Part shown: positions 27,754 through 36,455 of the stretch, piece after piece
How positions within the stretch are numbered: position 1 is the first letter of the stretch
Layout of the letters: every line of letters begins with the position of its first letter
From: a virus
Lineage: Duplodnaviria > Caudoviricetes
Virus record (IMG/VR): IMGVR_UViG_3300037311_000228
Location: 1 to 54,323 of that record
Direction: 5' to 3' (one strand)
DNA length: 54,323 bases
Translations under genes and position numbers: made by a program
The notes under the pieces: generated by a model
The model's input: only the letters and a program-made list of their open reading frames with translations
What the model was told of the DNA's origin: nothing
Databases searched by the model: none

Positions 27754-28215
27754 ATGAAGCGATGGATGGGCGTTGGGGTAATTGTCATCGCGCTTGTGAT
27801 GACGTGGGTGATCTTAGCGGCGGCGGACGTGCGTCTGCCGGAAGGGGACGCCTATTGGGATCGGCTCGTCACGCCAACGCGCGAACACGCCCCTACCCTA
27901 CCGCCGCTGACAGCGTTTGAGAATGCGAGCGCAGCGGCGGCATACTGCGCGGCGCGTTGGCACAGCATAGGAGTGGAGTTCAACGGCGCGCCACGAGAAC
28001 GCGCGTTGACTCTGTGCGCGATGGTCATAGTGAGTGGATCACCGCGCGAAGACATTGAAGCAATGCTGAGCGCGCTTGGCGTGACGTGGCGGCGTGTTGT
28101 TGGCGCGGTCTACGCCGTGCGCGTAGACGAGCAGGATGAGACATTTGACTTTGCGCGCGGCGTGTGGTGCGACGCAGGCGGCGAGACGTGCCGACGATAT
28201 AGCGGGGGAAGGTGA
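27754..28215 (+). CDS. Hypothetical protein with signal peptide or N-terminal TM
   Basis: MKRW followed by a hydrophobic stretch. Confidence 0.6.
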   Translation: MKRWMGVGVIVIALVMTWVILAAADVRLPEGDAYWDRLVTPTREHAPTLPPLTAFENASAAAAYCAARWHSIGVEFNGAPRERALTLCAMVIVSGSPREDIEAMLSALGVTWRRVVGAVYAVRVDEQDETFDFARGVWCDAGGETCRRYSGGR

Positions 28216-28218
28216 ACA

Positions 28219-28566
28219 ATGAAGCTGCAACAATGGACTGCGATTGGCATGTTCGCCGTTGCGATTGCGGTGCTGATCCGACCTGAAGCGGGCGTGTCGG
28301 GCGCGCTGGCATCAGCGTTGGGTGTTGCGCCGCTGGTTGTTGGCGTGTCAATTATGGCGCTGTTTGCGTCAGCGGCGGCAGTGCTGGTGTTCGTGCCGCT
28401 CACGGGGTCACAGTACGGCTATATGCTGTTTCCGATGTACCTGTATGCGGTCACGGCGTTGTTTGTTGGGCTGACTTCGCCAACGGGAACGCCTGTTCCC
28501 GCAGTGATGTATGCGTGGTTGGCGATGGTGCTGCGCGTGCTGGCGGATCGTGAGGCGCGCGCATGA
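28219..28566 (+). CDS. Multi-pass membrane protein, holin candidate
   Basis: About four hydrophobic segments; end of late operon. Confidence 0.5.
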   Translation: MKLQQWTAIGMFAVAIAVLIRPEAGVSGALASALGVAPLVVGVSIMALFASAAAVLVFVPLTGSQYGYMLFPMYLYAVTALFVGLTSPTGTPVPAVMYAWLAMVLRVLADREARA

Positions 28567-29195
28567 CGCTTGACGCCTTTGTATCGCAGTATGGCGGCGT
28601 GGTTGGCGTGATCGTGTTTGGCGCGGTGATGTTTTTGGTCAATCAGATCAGCGCAAACAAAAGTCAAGTGCGCATGAACGAGCTGACGGCGACGATCACC
28701 GCCGACCGAATCCGTGAAACGAGCCGTAATACGCAAGAGCGACAAGCGTGGGAGTTGCAGCAGGAAAAGGAACAGGCGACGCGCACGAAAGAACTGATGA
28801 CGCAGCTTTTGAAGTCAACTGAAATTATTGGCGATCTGCGCACTCAACTTGCCACGATGAATGGTGAACTAGCACGAGCGGCGGAAACGACGCGGCGCAT
28901 CCCCGATCTTGAGGCGCGCATTGTTGCGATGCAAAAGCAGCTCGACGAAGATGTGTTGAAACTCGCAGAGCGCCAGCGCGAAATCGAGTCGCTGAAAACG
29001 CAAGCCGAGCGTGTCCCGGTCTTGCAAACTCAATTGGACGACGCAAAAGACGAAATTGCGCGTTTGCGTGTTGATCTCGACGCCGAGAAAAAGGAGTCGG
29101 CGGGCTTGCGAGAGCGCGTGCGACAACTTGAGGCGCTCTCGCAAGCGCCGCCGACTGAACCCGTGACGATTGCCTCTCCTGTGCCTGCCGGGTGA
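28563..29195 (+). CDS. Single-TM coiled-coil protein (lysis-associated?)
   Basis: N-terminal TM then a long heptad-rich region. Confidence 0.6.
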   Translation: MTLDAFVSQYGGVVGVIVFGAVMFLVNQISANKSQVRMNELTATITADRIRETSRNTQERQAWELQQEKEQATRTKELMTQLLKSTEIIGDLRTQLATMNGELARAAETTRRIPDLEARIVAMQKQLDEDVLKLAERQREIESLKTQAERVPVLQTQLDDAKDEIARLRVDLDAEKKESAGLRERVRQLEALSQAPPTEPVTIASPVPAG

Positions 29196-29269
29196 CGAAA
29201 TCTGTCACATCGAAAATGTAATGTCACATTCCAAATTTGCCCGATCCGTTCACGAAAGCGAGAAATGAA

Positions 29270-29824
29270 ATGTCGAAAGTCATTCGTCTGTTTGCCGTGT
29301 TGTTCATCGTCATGTTCGCATTCACCGCCCTGCCCGCCTATGCGCAAGACGCGACGCCAACCATCGTGCCGACGGAAGCGCCGCCCGATGGGGTGTTGCC
29401 GCCGAACAACGACTCGGTGTTAGTACTCGCGCTGTCCTTAGAGGAGATCATCATCCTTTTGATCGCGGCGAGCGGATTGGGATGGTCAGTTATTCAGTCG
29501 CGCAACATTAAAAAGCTGAAAGACTTCCCCCGCGAGAACCCCGCCGCTATGCGGCAGCTTGAACGCGCTTACCAAACTACGTCCCCGCGCAATCGAATGT
29601 TCGTTGACGCGGCGGGGACGGTTTTTAACGCCGTTGATGACTTCATCCCCGTTCTCAAGCCTGTGACTGACTTTATCAAGGACGTGCAGATGCCGGGTGA
29701 AGCCGTTGACATGATCGTGACTGACATTGACGGCAAGGCGCGACGACTGGTCGGTGTTGCGTATCCGATGACGCAAAATCCCTCACATGCCGCGCCCTCA
29801 AACGCGCGATCTGACGGACAGTAG
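29270..29824 (+). CDS. Membrane protein with signal peptide
   Basis: AYA-QD cleavage motif, PT-rich linker, second TM. Confidence 0.65.
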   Translation: MSKVIRLFAVLFIVMFAFTALPAYAQDATPTIVPTEAPPDGVLPPNNDSVLVLALSLEEIIILLIAASGLGWSVIQSRNIKKLKDFPRENPAAMRQLERAYQTTSPRNRMFVDAAGTVFNAVDDFIPVLKPVTDFIKDVQMPGEAVDMIVTDIDGKARRLVGVAYPMTQNPSHAAPSNARSDGQ

Positions 29825-29828
29825 CACC

Positions 29829-30521
29829 ATGCAGCGCCAATCCTCATACGAGGCGCTCTCAAACGTGCTGAATCTCGCGTATTACGGGCGCGAGATTCGG
29901 CTGATGCGCATCGAACGCGGCGCGAACCCGGAGACGTATAGCGTGGTTCACGACGACGTGTGGAAAGTCATTGAGGAAATGAATGTTGGACGGCGGATCG
30001 CTTACACCTACCAACATGGCGCGGGGTCGTTTCCCGACTTGGAAAACGGCGCGCCGCCCGCTTGGACATGGCGCATTGACTTTGGGCGTGCTGCGAGGGA
30101 CGCCGAGCAAATTGCCGTGCCGCTGGTGGAATTCGCTGTTGCGCCAAAATTTGTCTATGGCATGGCGTTCGCACATCGACGGGCTGGTGCAGACGGCAAC
30201 CCTCACCCCATTCGCGCATTTCGCCTACAACGCGGCTATTTTGACACGATCTTGGACAGCATCTTCGCGGCATTAAACCTGAAGGCACTGCCAGCGAGTC
30301 GTCCGTTCAACGAGTTCGAGAAACGCGCAGTACGAGGCGACGCGCCGATCCGCTGTATCCCCTCTACCATTGGCAATGCGCCAATTGCGTTTACGACCTG
30401 CAACGGTAGCGAAGAATGGGTTTCGGCTGTGCTGCTGAAGAATGCCGATGGCGGGTGGCGGCAGCTTGTCCGCAACGGCGCTCAATATTGGATCAACGAC
30501 GCGATGCTGGTCAAGTTGTAG
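29829..30521 (+). CDS. Hypothetical protein with an SH3b-like C-terminus
   Basis: APIRCIPS...DGGWRQL..NGAQYWI...LV pattern. Confidence 0.5.
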   Translation: MQRQSSYEALSNVLNLAYYGREIRLMRIERGANPETYSVVHDDVWKVIEEMNVGRRIAYTYQHGAGSFPDLENGAPPAWTWRIDFGRAARDAEQIAVPLVEFAVAPKFVYGMAFAHRRAGADGNPHPIRAFRLQRGYFDTILDSIFAALNLKALPASRPFNEFEKRAVRGDAPIRCIPSTIGNAPIAFTTCNGSEEWVSAVLLKNADGGWRQLVRNGAQYWINDAMLVKL

Positions 30522-30537
30522 TGCGCGAGGGGGGGAT

Positions 30538-30744
30538 ATGCAAAAAACGCAAAGTCCCTTACATTTTCATCGCGGCGCGCCGCGCGTTCGCTGTGCGATC
30601 TGCGGCTGCGCGATCTACACGCGCGCGGGGGTCTGGCGCACGGTGAACGTGTTTGGCGCACAGATGCGCGAATGGAAGTGCGAGCAGTGCTGCGAAAAAC
30701 GACAAAGCGCCGCGCGTCACTTAAAGCCCTCTCGAATGCGCTGA
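30538..30744 (+). CDS. Small zinc-finger protein
   Basis: CAIC...CEQC; GAGGGGG RBS. Confidence 0.55.
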   Translation: MQKTQSPLHFHRGAPRVRCAICGCAIYTRAGVWRTVNVFGAQMREWKCEQCCEKRQSAARHLKPSRMR

Positions 30745-30760
30745 TGCGTCTTCCCTTCCC

Positions 30761-30811
30761 GATCAAAAAGCGCCGCCCCGATCATCGTGATCGGGGCGGC
30801 GCTTTTTGATC
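30761..30811. terminator. Bidirectional intrinsic terminator
   Basis: 24-bp perfect arms including A5/T5 tracts, between convergent operons. Confidence 0.9.
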
Positions 30812-30817
30812 CTACTT

Positions 30818-31198
30818 CTACCTTTTTGACTTGCGCTTTTCGTAATTTCGCTTGTTCTCAGCGCGAGTCTTGCAGACATCCGAACAATATTTCGCCTCAA
30901 ACTTGTCGTTGCGAAACGCTCGCCCGCAAAACGGACAGATGCGCGGAAACGTTCCGCCCGGCTGGTCATTGGTCATTTCTGGCAGCGGCGCTTTTGGTCG
31001 TCCGCCGCGCGGGTTGGCGGAACGAGAAAACCGTTTGATCGGCGACGGCGGCGTTGGCGGGATCGTGACCCCATACGTCGCCGCCACCACCGTGATCGCG
31101 CGGATGATGAATTCGTCTTCCGCGATATTTGCGCGGCGCGCCGCCTCGCGTAAACTGGCGCGCTGGTCATCCGTGAGCGAGACGCGAAACTCACCCAT
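30818..31198 (-). CDS. Ribbon-helix-helix-like protein with C-terminal zinc finger
   Basis: FRVSLTDDQRASLREAA; CPFC...YCSDVC. Confidence 0.65.
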   Translation of the reverse strand: MGEFRVSLTDDQRASLREAARRANIAEDEFIIRAITVVAATYGVTIPPTPPSPIKRFSRSANPRGGRPKAPLPEMTNDQPGGTFPRICPFCGRAFRNDKFEAKYCSDVCKTRAENKRNYEKRKSKR

Positions 31199-31688
31199 TT
31201 GGCACGTCCCCGAAAAAGTCTGCCGCCCACATGAACGGCACCCCTGCATCAGCGGCGGCGGCTTGATCCTCTGGGCGATCCCCGACATAAAACACGCCTT
31301 TCGCCGCTGCATCGGGGAACGCCGCCATGATCTCGCGCAGCATTGCGCCTGACGGCTTGCGACGCGCAACGTCTTCGGGCTTGTTATAGCGCGCATCTTT
31401 GGAGCGCGCGTCGCTGAAGCAGAATGCGATGTGCGTATTGTCGGGTAAGCCGAGCGCCTCCAACGCGCGCGCGAACTTGGCACGCACGTCCTTTTCCGAA
31501 TTGTAGCCGAACGCCACGCCGCCCTGATTCGTAGCAATAGCGATAATGTGTCCGTCCGCGCGCAGTGCCGCCAGTTTCGCGGCGCGTTGCGGCAGTGGCT
31601 CGACGCGCTCAAAGGGCTGAGGCGGGTTGATGTAGCCTTCGATGAGCGTGCCGTCGAGGTCGAAAATGTAGAGAAATGCCTTACTCAT
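31191..31688 (-). CDS. HAD-IIIA family phosphatase
   Basis: FDLDGT, ATNQGG, RKP, VGDRPED motifs. Confidence 0.9.
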   Translation of the reverse strand: MSKAFLYIFDLDGTLIEGYINPPQPFERVEPLPQRAAKLAALRADGHIIAIATNQGGVAFGYNSEKDVRAKFARALEALGLPDNTHIAFCFSDARSKDARYNKPEDVARRKPSGAMLREIMAAFPDAAAKGVFYVGDRPEDQAAAADAGVPFMWAADFFGDVPNG

Positions 31689-32109
31689 TCTGCTTCTCTT
31701 TTCCCTTCGTCGCGTCTGCATATGCTTCTACAAACGCGCTCATTGCTTGACGGCGCGCATATTCCGACAATCTTTCGCCGTTGGCAGGTGACGTATTGTT
31801 TTTCCGCCACCATCGTCGCCATCCCGCTTTCACTTCAGCAAGCGATGCGTTCGGGTCAACCGTCGCATAGGCGCGTCCAGCGATGGCGGCGGCAGATAAG
31901 ACCACCACGATAGTCATCTCTTGCGGGCGACCCCGCTTAGGGGGCTGATATCTTTCGAGAGCGGACTCTGGGATCAGCCAGACCCCGCTATCAACCTGCT
32001 GTATCGCCCCCATTTGCCTTAGCAAGGCGGGATTCGCCCGAACTGTTGAGCGGCTTACCCCTGCCCGTCGCGCGAATTCAGCGACGGACAGGTATCGTTC
32101 ATTGGTCAT
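31681..32109 (-). CDS. HTH DNA-binding protein
   Basis: YLSVAEFARRAGVSRSTV...WLIPESAL. Confidence 0.75.
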   Translation of the reverse strand: MTNERYLSVAEFARRAGVSRSTVRANPALLRQMGAIQQVDSGVWLIPESALERYQPPKRGRPQEMTIVVVLSAAAIAGRAYATVDPNASLAEVKAGWRRWWRKNNTSPANGERLSEYARRQAMSAFVEAYADATKGKEKQNE

Positions 32110-32837
32110 TCAGAATACCCCTCTGGCACGGGCGCGGCGGCGAGCAGTCTATCTCCGATATGGGGGAACATCGTTTTCACGATGTCCAACTGTGCCCTTC
32201 TCAGGGCTATCCGCAAGTCATAGTATTTGCCCGCGCCGCTGGGATCGGCGTAGGCGTAGGCGGCGGCGCGGGCAGCGGCGTTGCTGGCGTTGATGGCGAT
32301 GCCGTTGGCGGCGCCGCCGGCGTATTCGTCGGCGCTGGCGGCGGCGTCGAGGGCAGTGCGGGCAACGCCGTAAACGGCCAGAACCGCGTGAGCTTGAGCG
32401 TGAGCGCGGGCGTCGGCGTGGAAGAGGGCGCGGGCGACGGCGCTGAAGAGGGCGCGGGCGAGGGTCTCGCCCTCGGCGCGGGCGTCGGCGCGGGCGGCGG
32501 AGGCGGCGGCGGCGGCGTCAACAACCTCCTTCTCAATCGGCGTCCCATCGTCAACAAACCGCCGCGCGGCGTCAATCGCCGCAAGGCTGCGCGGATCGGT
32601 GACAAGATCGATCACAAACCGCCCGTCGTGCAGGGGGGTCTGGTCGATGAACGCCAGCGACAGTGCCGCCATCTCACGACCTGTCGCTACCCTGTAAAAG
32701 ACCCAAAGTGCCCAGTTGATGTCTGGGTTGGCTTCCCACGCCGCTTGGGGCGTCGGGAAGTCATTTTCAACCAGCCACTCGGTTGCCGCTTCACACGGCT
32801 TATACCGATTTATGAACTGCTCAATCCAATTGTTCAT
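32106..32837 (-). CDS. Ala-rich hypothetical phage protein
   Basis: RBS; PCEAATEW...W...WALW start and poly-Ala helices. Confidence 0.7.
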   Translation of the reverse strand: MNNWIEQFINRYKPCEAATEWLVENDFPTPQAAWEANPDINWALWVFYRVATGREMAALSLAFIDQTPLHDGRFVIDLVTDPRSLAAIDAARRFVDDGTPIEKEVVDAAAAASAARADARAEGETLARALFSAVARALFHADARAHAQAHAVLAVYGVARTALDAAASADEYAGGAANGIAINASNAAARAAAYAYADPSGAGKYYDLRIALRRAQLDIVKTMFPHIGDRLLAAAPVPEGYSE

Positions 32838-32969
32838 AATCGTCTTTCCTCTGCCTCATATGAGGCGAACAGTGTCCCCAAATGGGACACTTAAGCCCCC
32901 GCCGCCCATCGATGGGCGGAACACGCCGCGCCGTAGCGTTCGTGCGGGGGAATGACTGCACCTATTCGA

Positions 32970-33860
32970 TCAAGCCCGCTCATCGATGTACGCGGCGGCG
33001 ATGACTTGAATGAACCGCGCCGCGATGATTCGCCGCGCCGCCGCTTCTACCTTGTCCGCGCCCGCCCACATGTTGGCGCGCGCTTCCGCCGTCGGGGCCG
33101 GTACGCCCGATGCGTGCATCGCGGCGCGCATACGCGCCTGTGCCGCGTACATCGAAGCGCGCGCCCCCTCTATCGCGGCATTCACCGCCTCTGCCATCGC
33201 CCACGCCAGCGACGCTGGACTGGGCTTACCCGTCAGCAACGCCAGCGACGCTTCCGCCGCCAGCGACGCCGCTAACGCCGCCGCGCGCGGTGCCGGTAGA
33301 TAGAACGGCGGCGGAAGCGTCGCCGCCCACGCCGCGCGCGCCTCCTCCGCCGCCGCCGCCCATTCTTCGACGGGCGGCATGACGCCCGTTTCGCCGCATC
33401 GGGCGAACAGACATTGGACGCCCGCTACCGCGTCGCGCACGCGGCGCGGCGCGGCATCCGTGGTGAGCGCCTGACGCATCACGCCGTCGGGGGACAGCAG
33501 CCACGCCATGAATTTGTGTGTGGCGCGCCACAAGTCCCCGCCGACGGGGATCGTCTCAAAGAAGGCGACGGCGAAGTCCGCCGCTTCTTTGGCGGGCAAG
33601 CGCTCGAAGATGCGATCTTGAGCCTGCGCCAGAGGCTCTGGGATGCCCAAAAACTCTTGGGCTAAGTTGTAGTCGGATGCCTCAATCGCGCATCCGATGG
33701 CGCTCCCGCGCCATTCTCCGCTTTCCTCGTCCATATCCCAGTACTCATACTGGGATATGCGACCTGCCGCGCGATGCGCGTTCATGCGCGCGACCAGTTC
33801 CGCCTTGACAGCGGGAGATCCGTGATATGCGCGCATCGACGCGCCGTTCGATTCAGTCAT
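32970..33860 (-). CDS. Ala-rich hypothetical phage protein
   Basis: AYHGSPAVK...AHRAAG...GC...GIP...DRIFERLP; AGGAG RBS. Confidence 0.7.
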   Translation of the reverse strand: MTESNGASMRAYHGSPAVKAELVARMNAHRAAGRISQYEYWDMDEESGEWRGSAIGCAIEASDYNLAQEFLGIPEPLAQAQDRIFERLPAKEAADFAVAFFETIPVGGDLWRATHKFMAWLLSPDGVMRQALTTDAAPRRVRDAVAGVQCLFARCGETGVMPPVEEWAAAAEEARAAWAATLPPPFYLPAPRAAALAASLAAEASLALLTGKPSPASLAWAMAEAVNAAIEGARASMYAAQARMRAAMHASGVPAPTAEARANMWAGADKVEAAARRIIAARFIQVIAAAYIDERA

Positions 33861-33973
33861 GATCTTCTCTCCTGCGCGTATCCATGCGCGCCCCGGATTC
33901 GTTGACGAGAGCCCGTTGCCGATGCCGATCCCGCTCTGCATACGCGGGCGACGGCACGAACGGGAACTTGCAA

Positions 33974-34046
33974 TGCCCCTAGCAGGACTCGAACCCGCGA
34001 CGCGCTGCTTAGAAGGCAGCCGCTCTATCCGCTGAGCTACAGGGGC
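33974..34046 (-). tRNA. tRNA-Arg (anticodon UCU); CCA not encoded
   Basis: Cloverleaf: GCCCCTG/TAGGGGC acceptor, GCTGC-CTTCTAA-GCAGC anticodon arm, GGTTCGAGTCC T arm. Confidence 0.93.
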
Positions 34047-34152
34047 GGATGCTCCGGCGGGTTGTCCGCCGGAGGGTGATGCTATTCGGCGGCGGGATAT
34101 TGCGCGTCCCCCGCCGTCGGACTCGAATCGCGGCAGGCGCCATCCGCGCGAT

Positions 34153-34467
34153 TTATTTGCCTGGCAGATGCTTCGGGAACCGCGCGCGGGCATAGGCGCG
34201 CAATATCTCCAGCGGGCAGCCTTCATAGACGACAGTTGCCCCATCAATCTCATTCGGGAGATTGATGGGGTCGATCATCACTTCCCCGTATCCGGTCCAC
34301 TCGTCGCCCGAATACGGTGGCTTGACCGGAAATGCTCGAATATCCCCCTCCCGGTACTCGACGAAGTAGAACGGGACCTCTTCTACTTCCGACGAAACTA
34401 CCCGCCCCGATAAGTACGTCCCCATCGTGGAGACGTGGCATTTGACCATCTTCATCCTGATATCCAT
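34153..34467 (-). CDS. Hypothetical protein
   Basis: AAGGA RBS; 104 aa ORF. Confidence 0.65.
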   Translation of the reverse strand: MDIRMKMVKCHVSTMGTYLSGRVVSSEVEEVPFYFVEYREGDIRAFPVKPPYSGDEWTGYGEVMIDPINLPNEIDGATVVYEGCPLEILRAYARARFPKHLPGK

Positions 34468-34686
34468 GATATTTCCTTCTGCCCCAACTGGGGCGATATG
34501 CCTCAATTCGCGTGTCCCTGTTTTTATGCGGAACAGGGAAACCGTCTAGCGTTGGCGGGCGCGGAGGTGCCGGCGCGCCTGCCTGTCCATCTTCCCGCTA
34601 TCAACGATAGCGGATCAGCCGTTCGCCACCGTACACCCCGCAGCGACGTACCGCGTCAGTTTAACGTCATGCTCAGGACGGGACGA

Positions 34687-35052
34687 CTATTCTGCCGTTA
34701 GTTCGGCGAGATACTCCTCGCCGACTGGCGAGGCGAGATACTCCTCGCCGGAAAATACATCCTTGTCGTCGTCGTAATACGCCTCTTCCCATAGGGAGAG
34801 GCAGAAGTCCACGCGATCCCCCTCCTCGACGGGGCGATCAAGAACATCGCCCAAAATCTCTTGCCATTCCTCGTCCTGCATCTGCGTGGCGGATACTACC
34901 GCCACGCCGCGCGAACGCAATTGCTCTTCCACGCTCTGGAAGAGCAGCCAGTTATGTCCCATCAGGGCATCAAACCCCTCTGGGGTCGCGGGGGCATCCG
35001 AGCAATGGAATTCCTTTCCGTTAACGTTCATGTCCAGTCGCAAGATCTTCAT
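34687..35052 (-). CDS. Small highly acidic protein
   Basis: First gene after a consensus promoter; about 29 D/E versus 8 K/R by hand count. Confidence 0.75.
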   Translation of the reverse strand: MKILRLDMNVNGKEFHCSDAPATPEGFDALMGHNWLLFQSVEEQLRSRGVAVVSATQMQDEEWQEILGDVLDRPVEEGDRVDFCLSLWEEAYYDDDKDVFSGEEYLASPVGEEYLAELTAE

Positions 35053-35107
35053 TTTTGGTTTCTTTCTGCGGCGGAAACCGCCGCGCTTGTTTTTCTACAC
35101 TTTTCTC

Positions 35108-35136
35108 AGTATACCGTAGATAAATGGTATTGTCAA
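35108..35136 (-). promoter_or_regulatory. Near-consensus sigma70 promoter
   Basis: TTGACA-17bp-TATACT on the minus strand. Confidence 0.88.
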
Positions 35137-35254
35137 TACCATTTATCTACGGTTTTCTCGATGAACATGTGCAAATTTTGCACATGTTCATCGAGAAGTT
35201 GGAAAACGTTCCAAACACTTGGAAATTTCTCCAAACGTTTGGAACACCTTCCAA
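35113..35254. repeat. Palindrome cluster: 41-bp and 43-bp perfect palindromes plus three 16-bp TTGGAA-N4-(T/C)TCCAA units
   Basis: 35113-35153, 35155-35197; units at 35199, 35219 and 35239. Confidence 0.9.
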
Positions 35255-35260
35255 GCGGGA

Positions 35261-35961
35261 CTACTTTGTCCCGTCATCACCCAGTGCGGTGCGCCCGCCT
35301 ACCGCCGCGCGTGGTGGGAAGGCGCGCGCAATAGGATCATCGGCGCGAACGGCGGGCGTTCGCGCCCACGCTGATGCCGCCGCATCGCCTTCGGCGTCGG
35401 CGATGCTGGATCGCCCTTGCGCGAAGGCTTTTCCGGCGGCGCGAGCATCGGAGACGCGCTCGCCATATTTGTTGGCGGCGCGCCGCCAGAGGCTCAGCGC
35501 CTCCTCGATGCTCGCCTCGAATTCCGTGTCGAGGGCGACAGTCCGCAGGAAGGACTCCGCCTTCTTCCATTCCCCGCCCTGTTCGGGCGGCAAGACGCCC
35601 TTGCGCGCCATCGCCGCCCAACACGCGGCAACCAACGCCGCCGCCCAACCACCGACGCCGCGCGCGTCAGGATCGTGCGCGAGTCGGTGTTGGGGATGAG
35701 GACGGTCTCGCCGCCGTCCTCAAGCCGGACGATGGCGTAGCCGCCGCCAAAGTCCGACGTTCCAACGCGGATCACGCGCCCCCAACAGGGCGGCGGCGGC
35801 GGCTTGGGCGGCTTGCTCAACAGCGCCGCCTTCTTTTTCGCGGCGCTGTCACCGCTGATGCTCGCGCGCCACAGGACGCGCTCGCCCGCATCGAACAACA
35901 TGCAGACGTGGTCAAAGTCAAAGTTAGGGGGAACACCCCCCTGACTAGAGGCGAGGCTCAC
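35261..35961 (-). pseudogene. Hypothetical gene apparently split by a frameshift near 35640-35655
   Basis: Protein-like sequence switches from the 35494-35961 frame to the 35261-35635 frame. Confidence 0.45.
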
Positions 35962-36311
35962 AGTGCCACCTCGTCCACATCGGCGAAGCGGTGTTCGCCG
36001 CATTCGTCAATGACCTCTATAATTTGTCCTAGACGCGCCACGAGGCTTGTCTCGCCCGCCGCCGCGCGCGGCGTGTCGCGCGGGGCAATGCGCGCGGGCG
36101 ACACAAGCTCGACGCGCGTCTCGTAGAACCCGCCACGCACAGGGCGGGCGACTTCCACGACCATGCGCCCGCCCTGTGCGTGGCATCGCTGAGCGATACC
36201 CCGCAGCCAGTGACCGGGCGACCAGTAGTCACCCGGCTGCCACACCCACACGGGTTGGGTTTCAAGCGGGGTGCGAAGCGTCTTTTTGACAAACGGGAAG
36301 CTGAGTGCCAT
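35958..36311 (-). CDS. Hypothetical protein
   Basis: AGGAG RBS; promoter upstream. Confidence 0.7.
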   Translation of the reverse strand: MALSFPFVKKTLRTPLETQPVWVWQPGDYWSPGHWLRGIAQRCHAQGGRMVVEVARPVRGGFYETRVELVSPARIAPRDTPRAAAGETSLVARLGQIIEVIDECGEHRFADVDEVAL

Positions 36312-36357
36312 AATGTGTACTCCTACTTGTTCTTGATCGGACGGGTAAGGTGTTTCA

Positions 36358-36395
36358 CGCGCGCGAGTGTTCTCAGCACTCGCGCGCTTTTTTTT
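36358..36395 (+). terminator. Hairpin followed by a T8 tract
   Basis: GCGCGAGTG-ttctcag-CACTCGCGC then a T run. Confidence 0.55.
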
Positions 36396-36407
36396 GTTGA
36401 TGTAAAT

Positions 36408-36436
36408 ATGGTATCATAGTGCATGTACTTTGTCAA
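36408..36436 (-). promoter_or_regulatory. Sigma70-type promoter
   Basis: TTGACA-17bp-TACCAT on the minus strand. Confidence 0.65.
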
Positions 36437-36455
36437 GTGTTTTGGAGAGGGAAAA

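Noticed and set aside
29203-29229. TGTCACAT direct repeat in an intergenic gap
   Set aside because: Only two 8-mers, with spacing that matches no regulator site I can support
33974-34046. tRNA as the integration site
   Set aside because: It is internal with no duplicated 3' end; the att sites are at the window ends
34100-34150. Second tRNA-like fragment (TTCGAGTCC on the minus strand); similar hint near 33885-33901
   Set aside because: No cloverleaf can be built
34705-34750. 19-bp direct repeat (GEEYLA twice)
   Set aside because: Simple in-frame duplication with an 8-bp gap; not an att site or array
36351-36359. TGTTTCACG parS half-site
   Set aside because: The second half of the palindrome is absent
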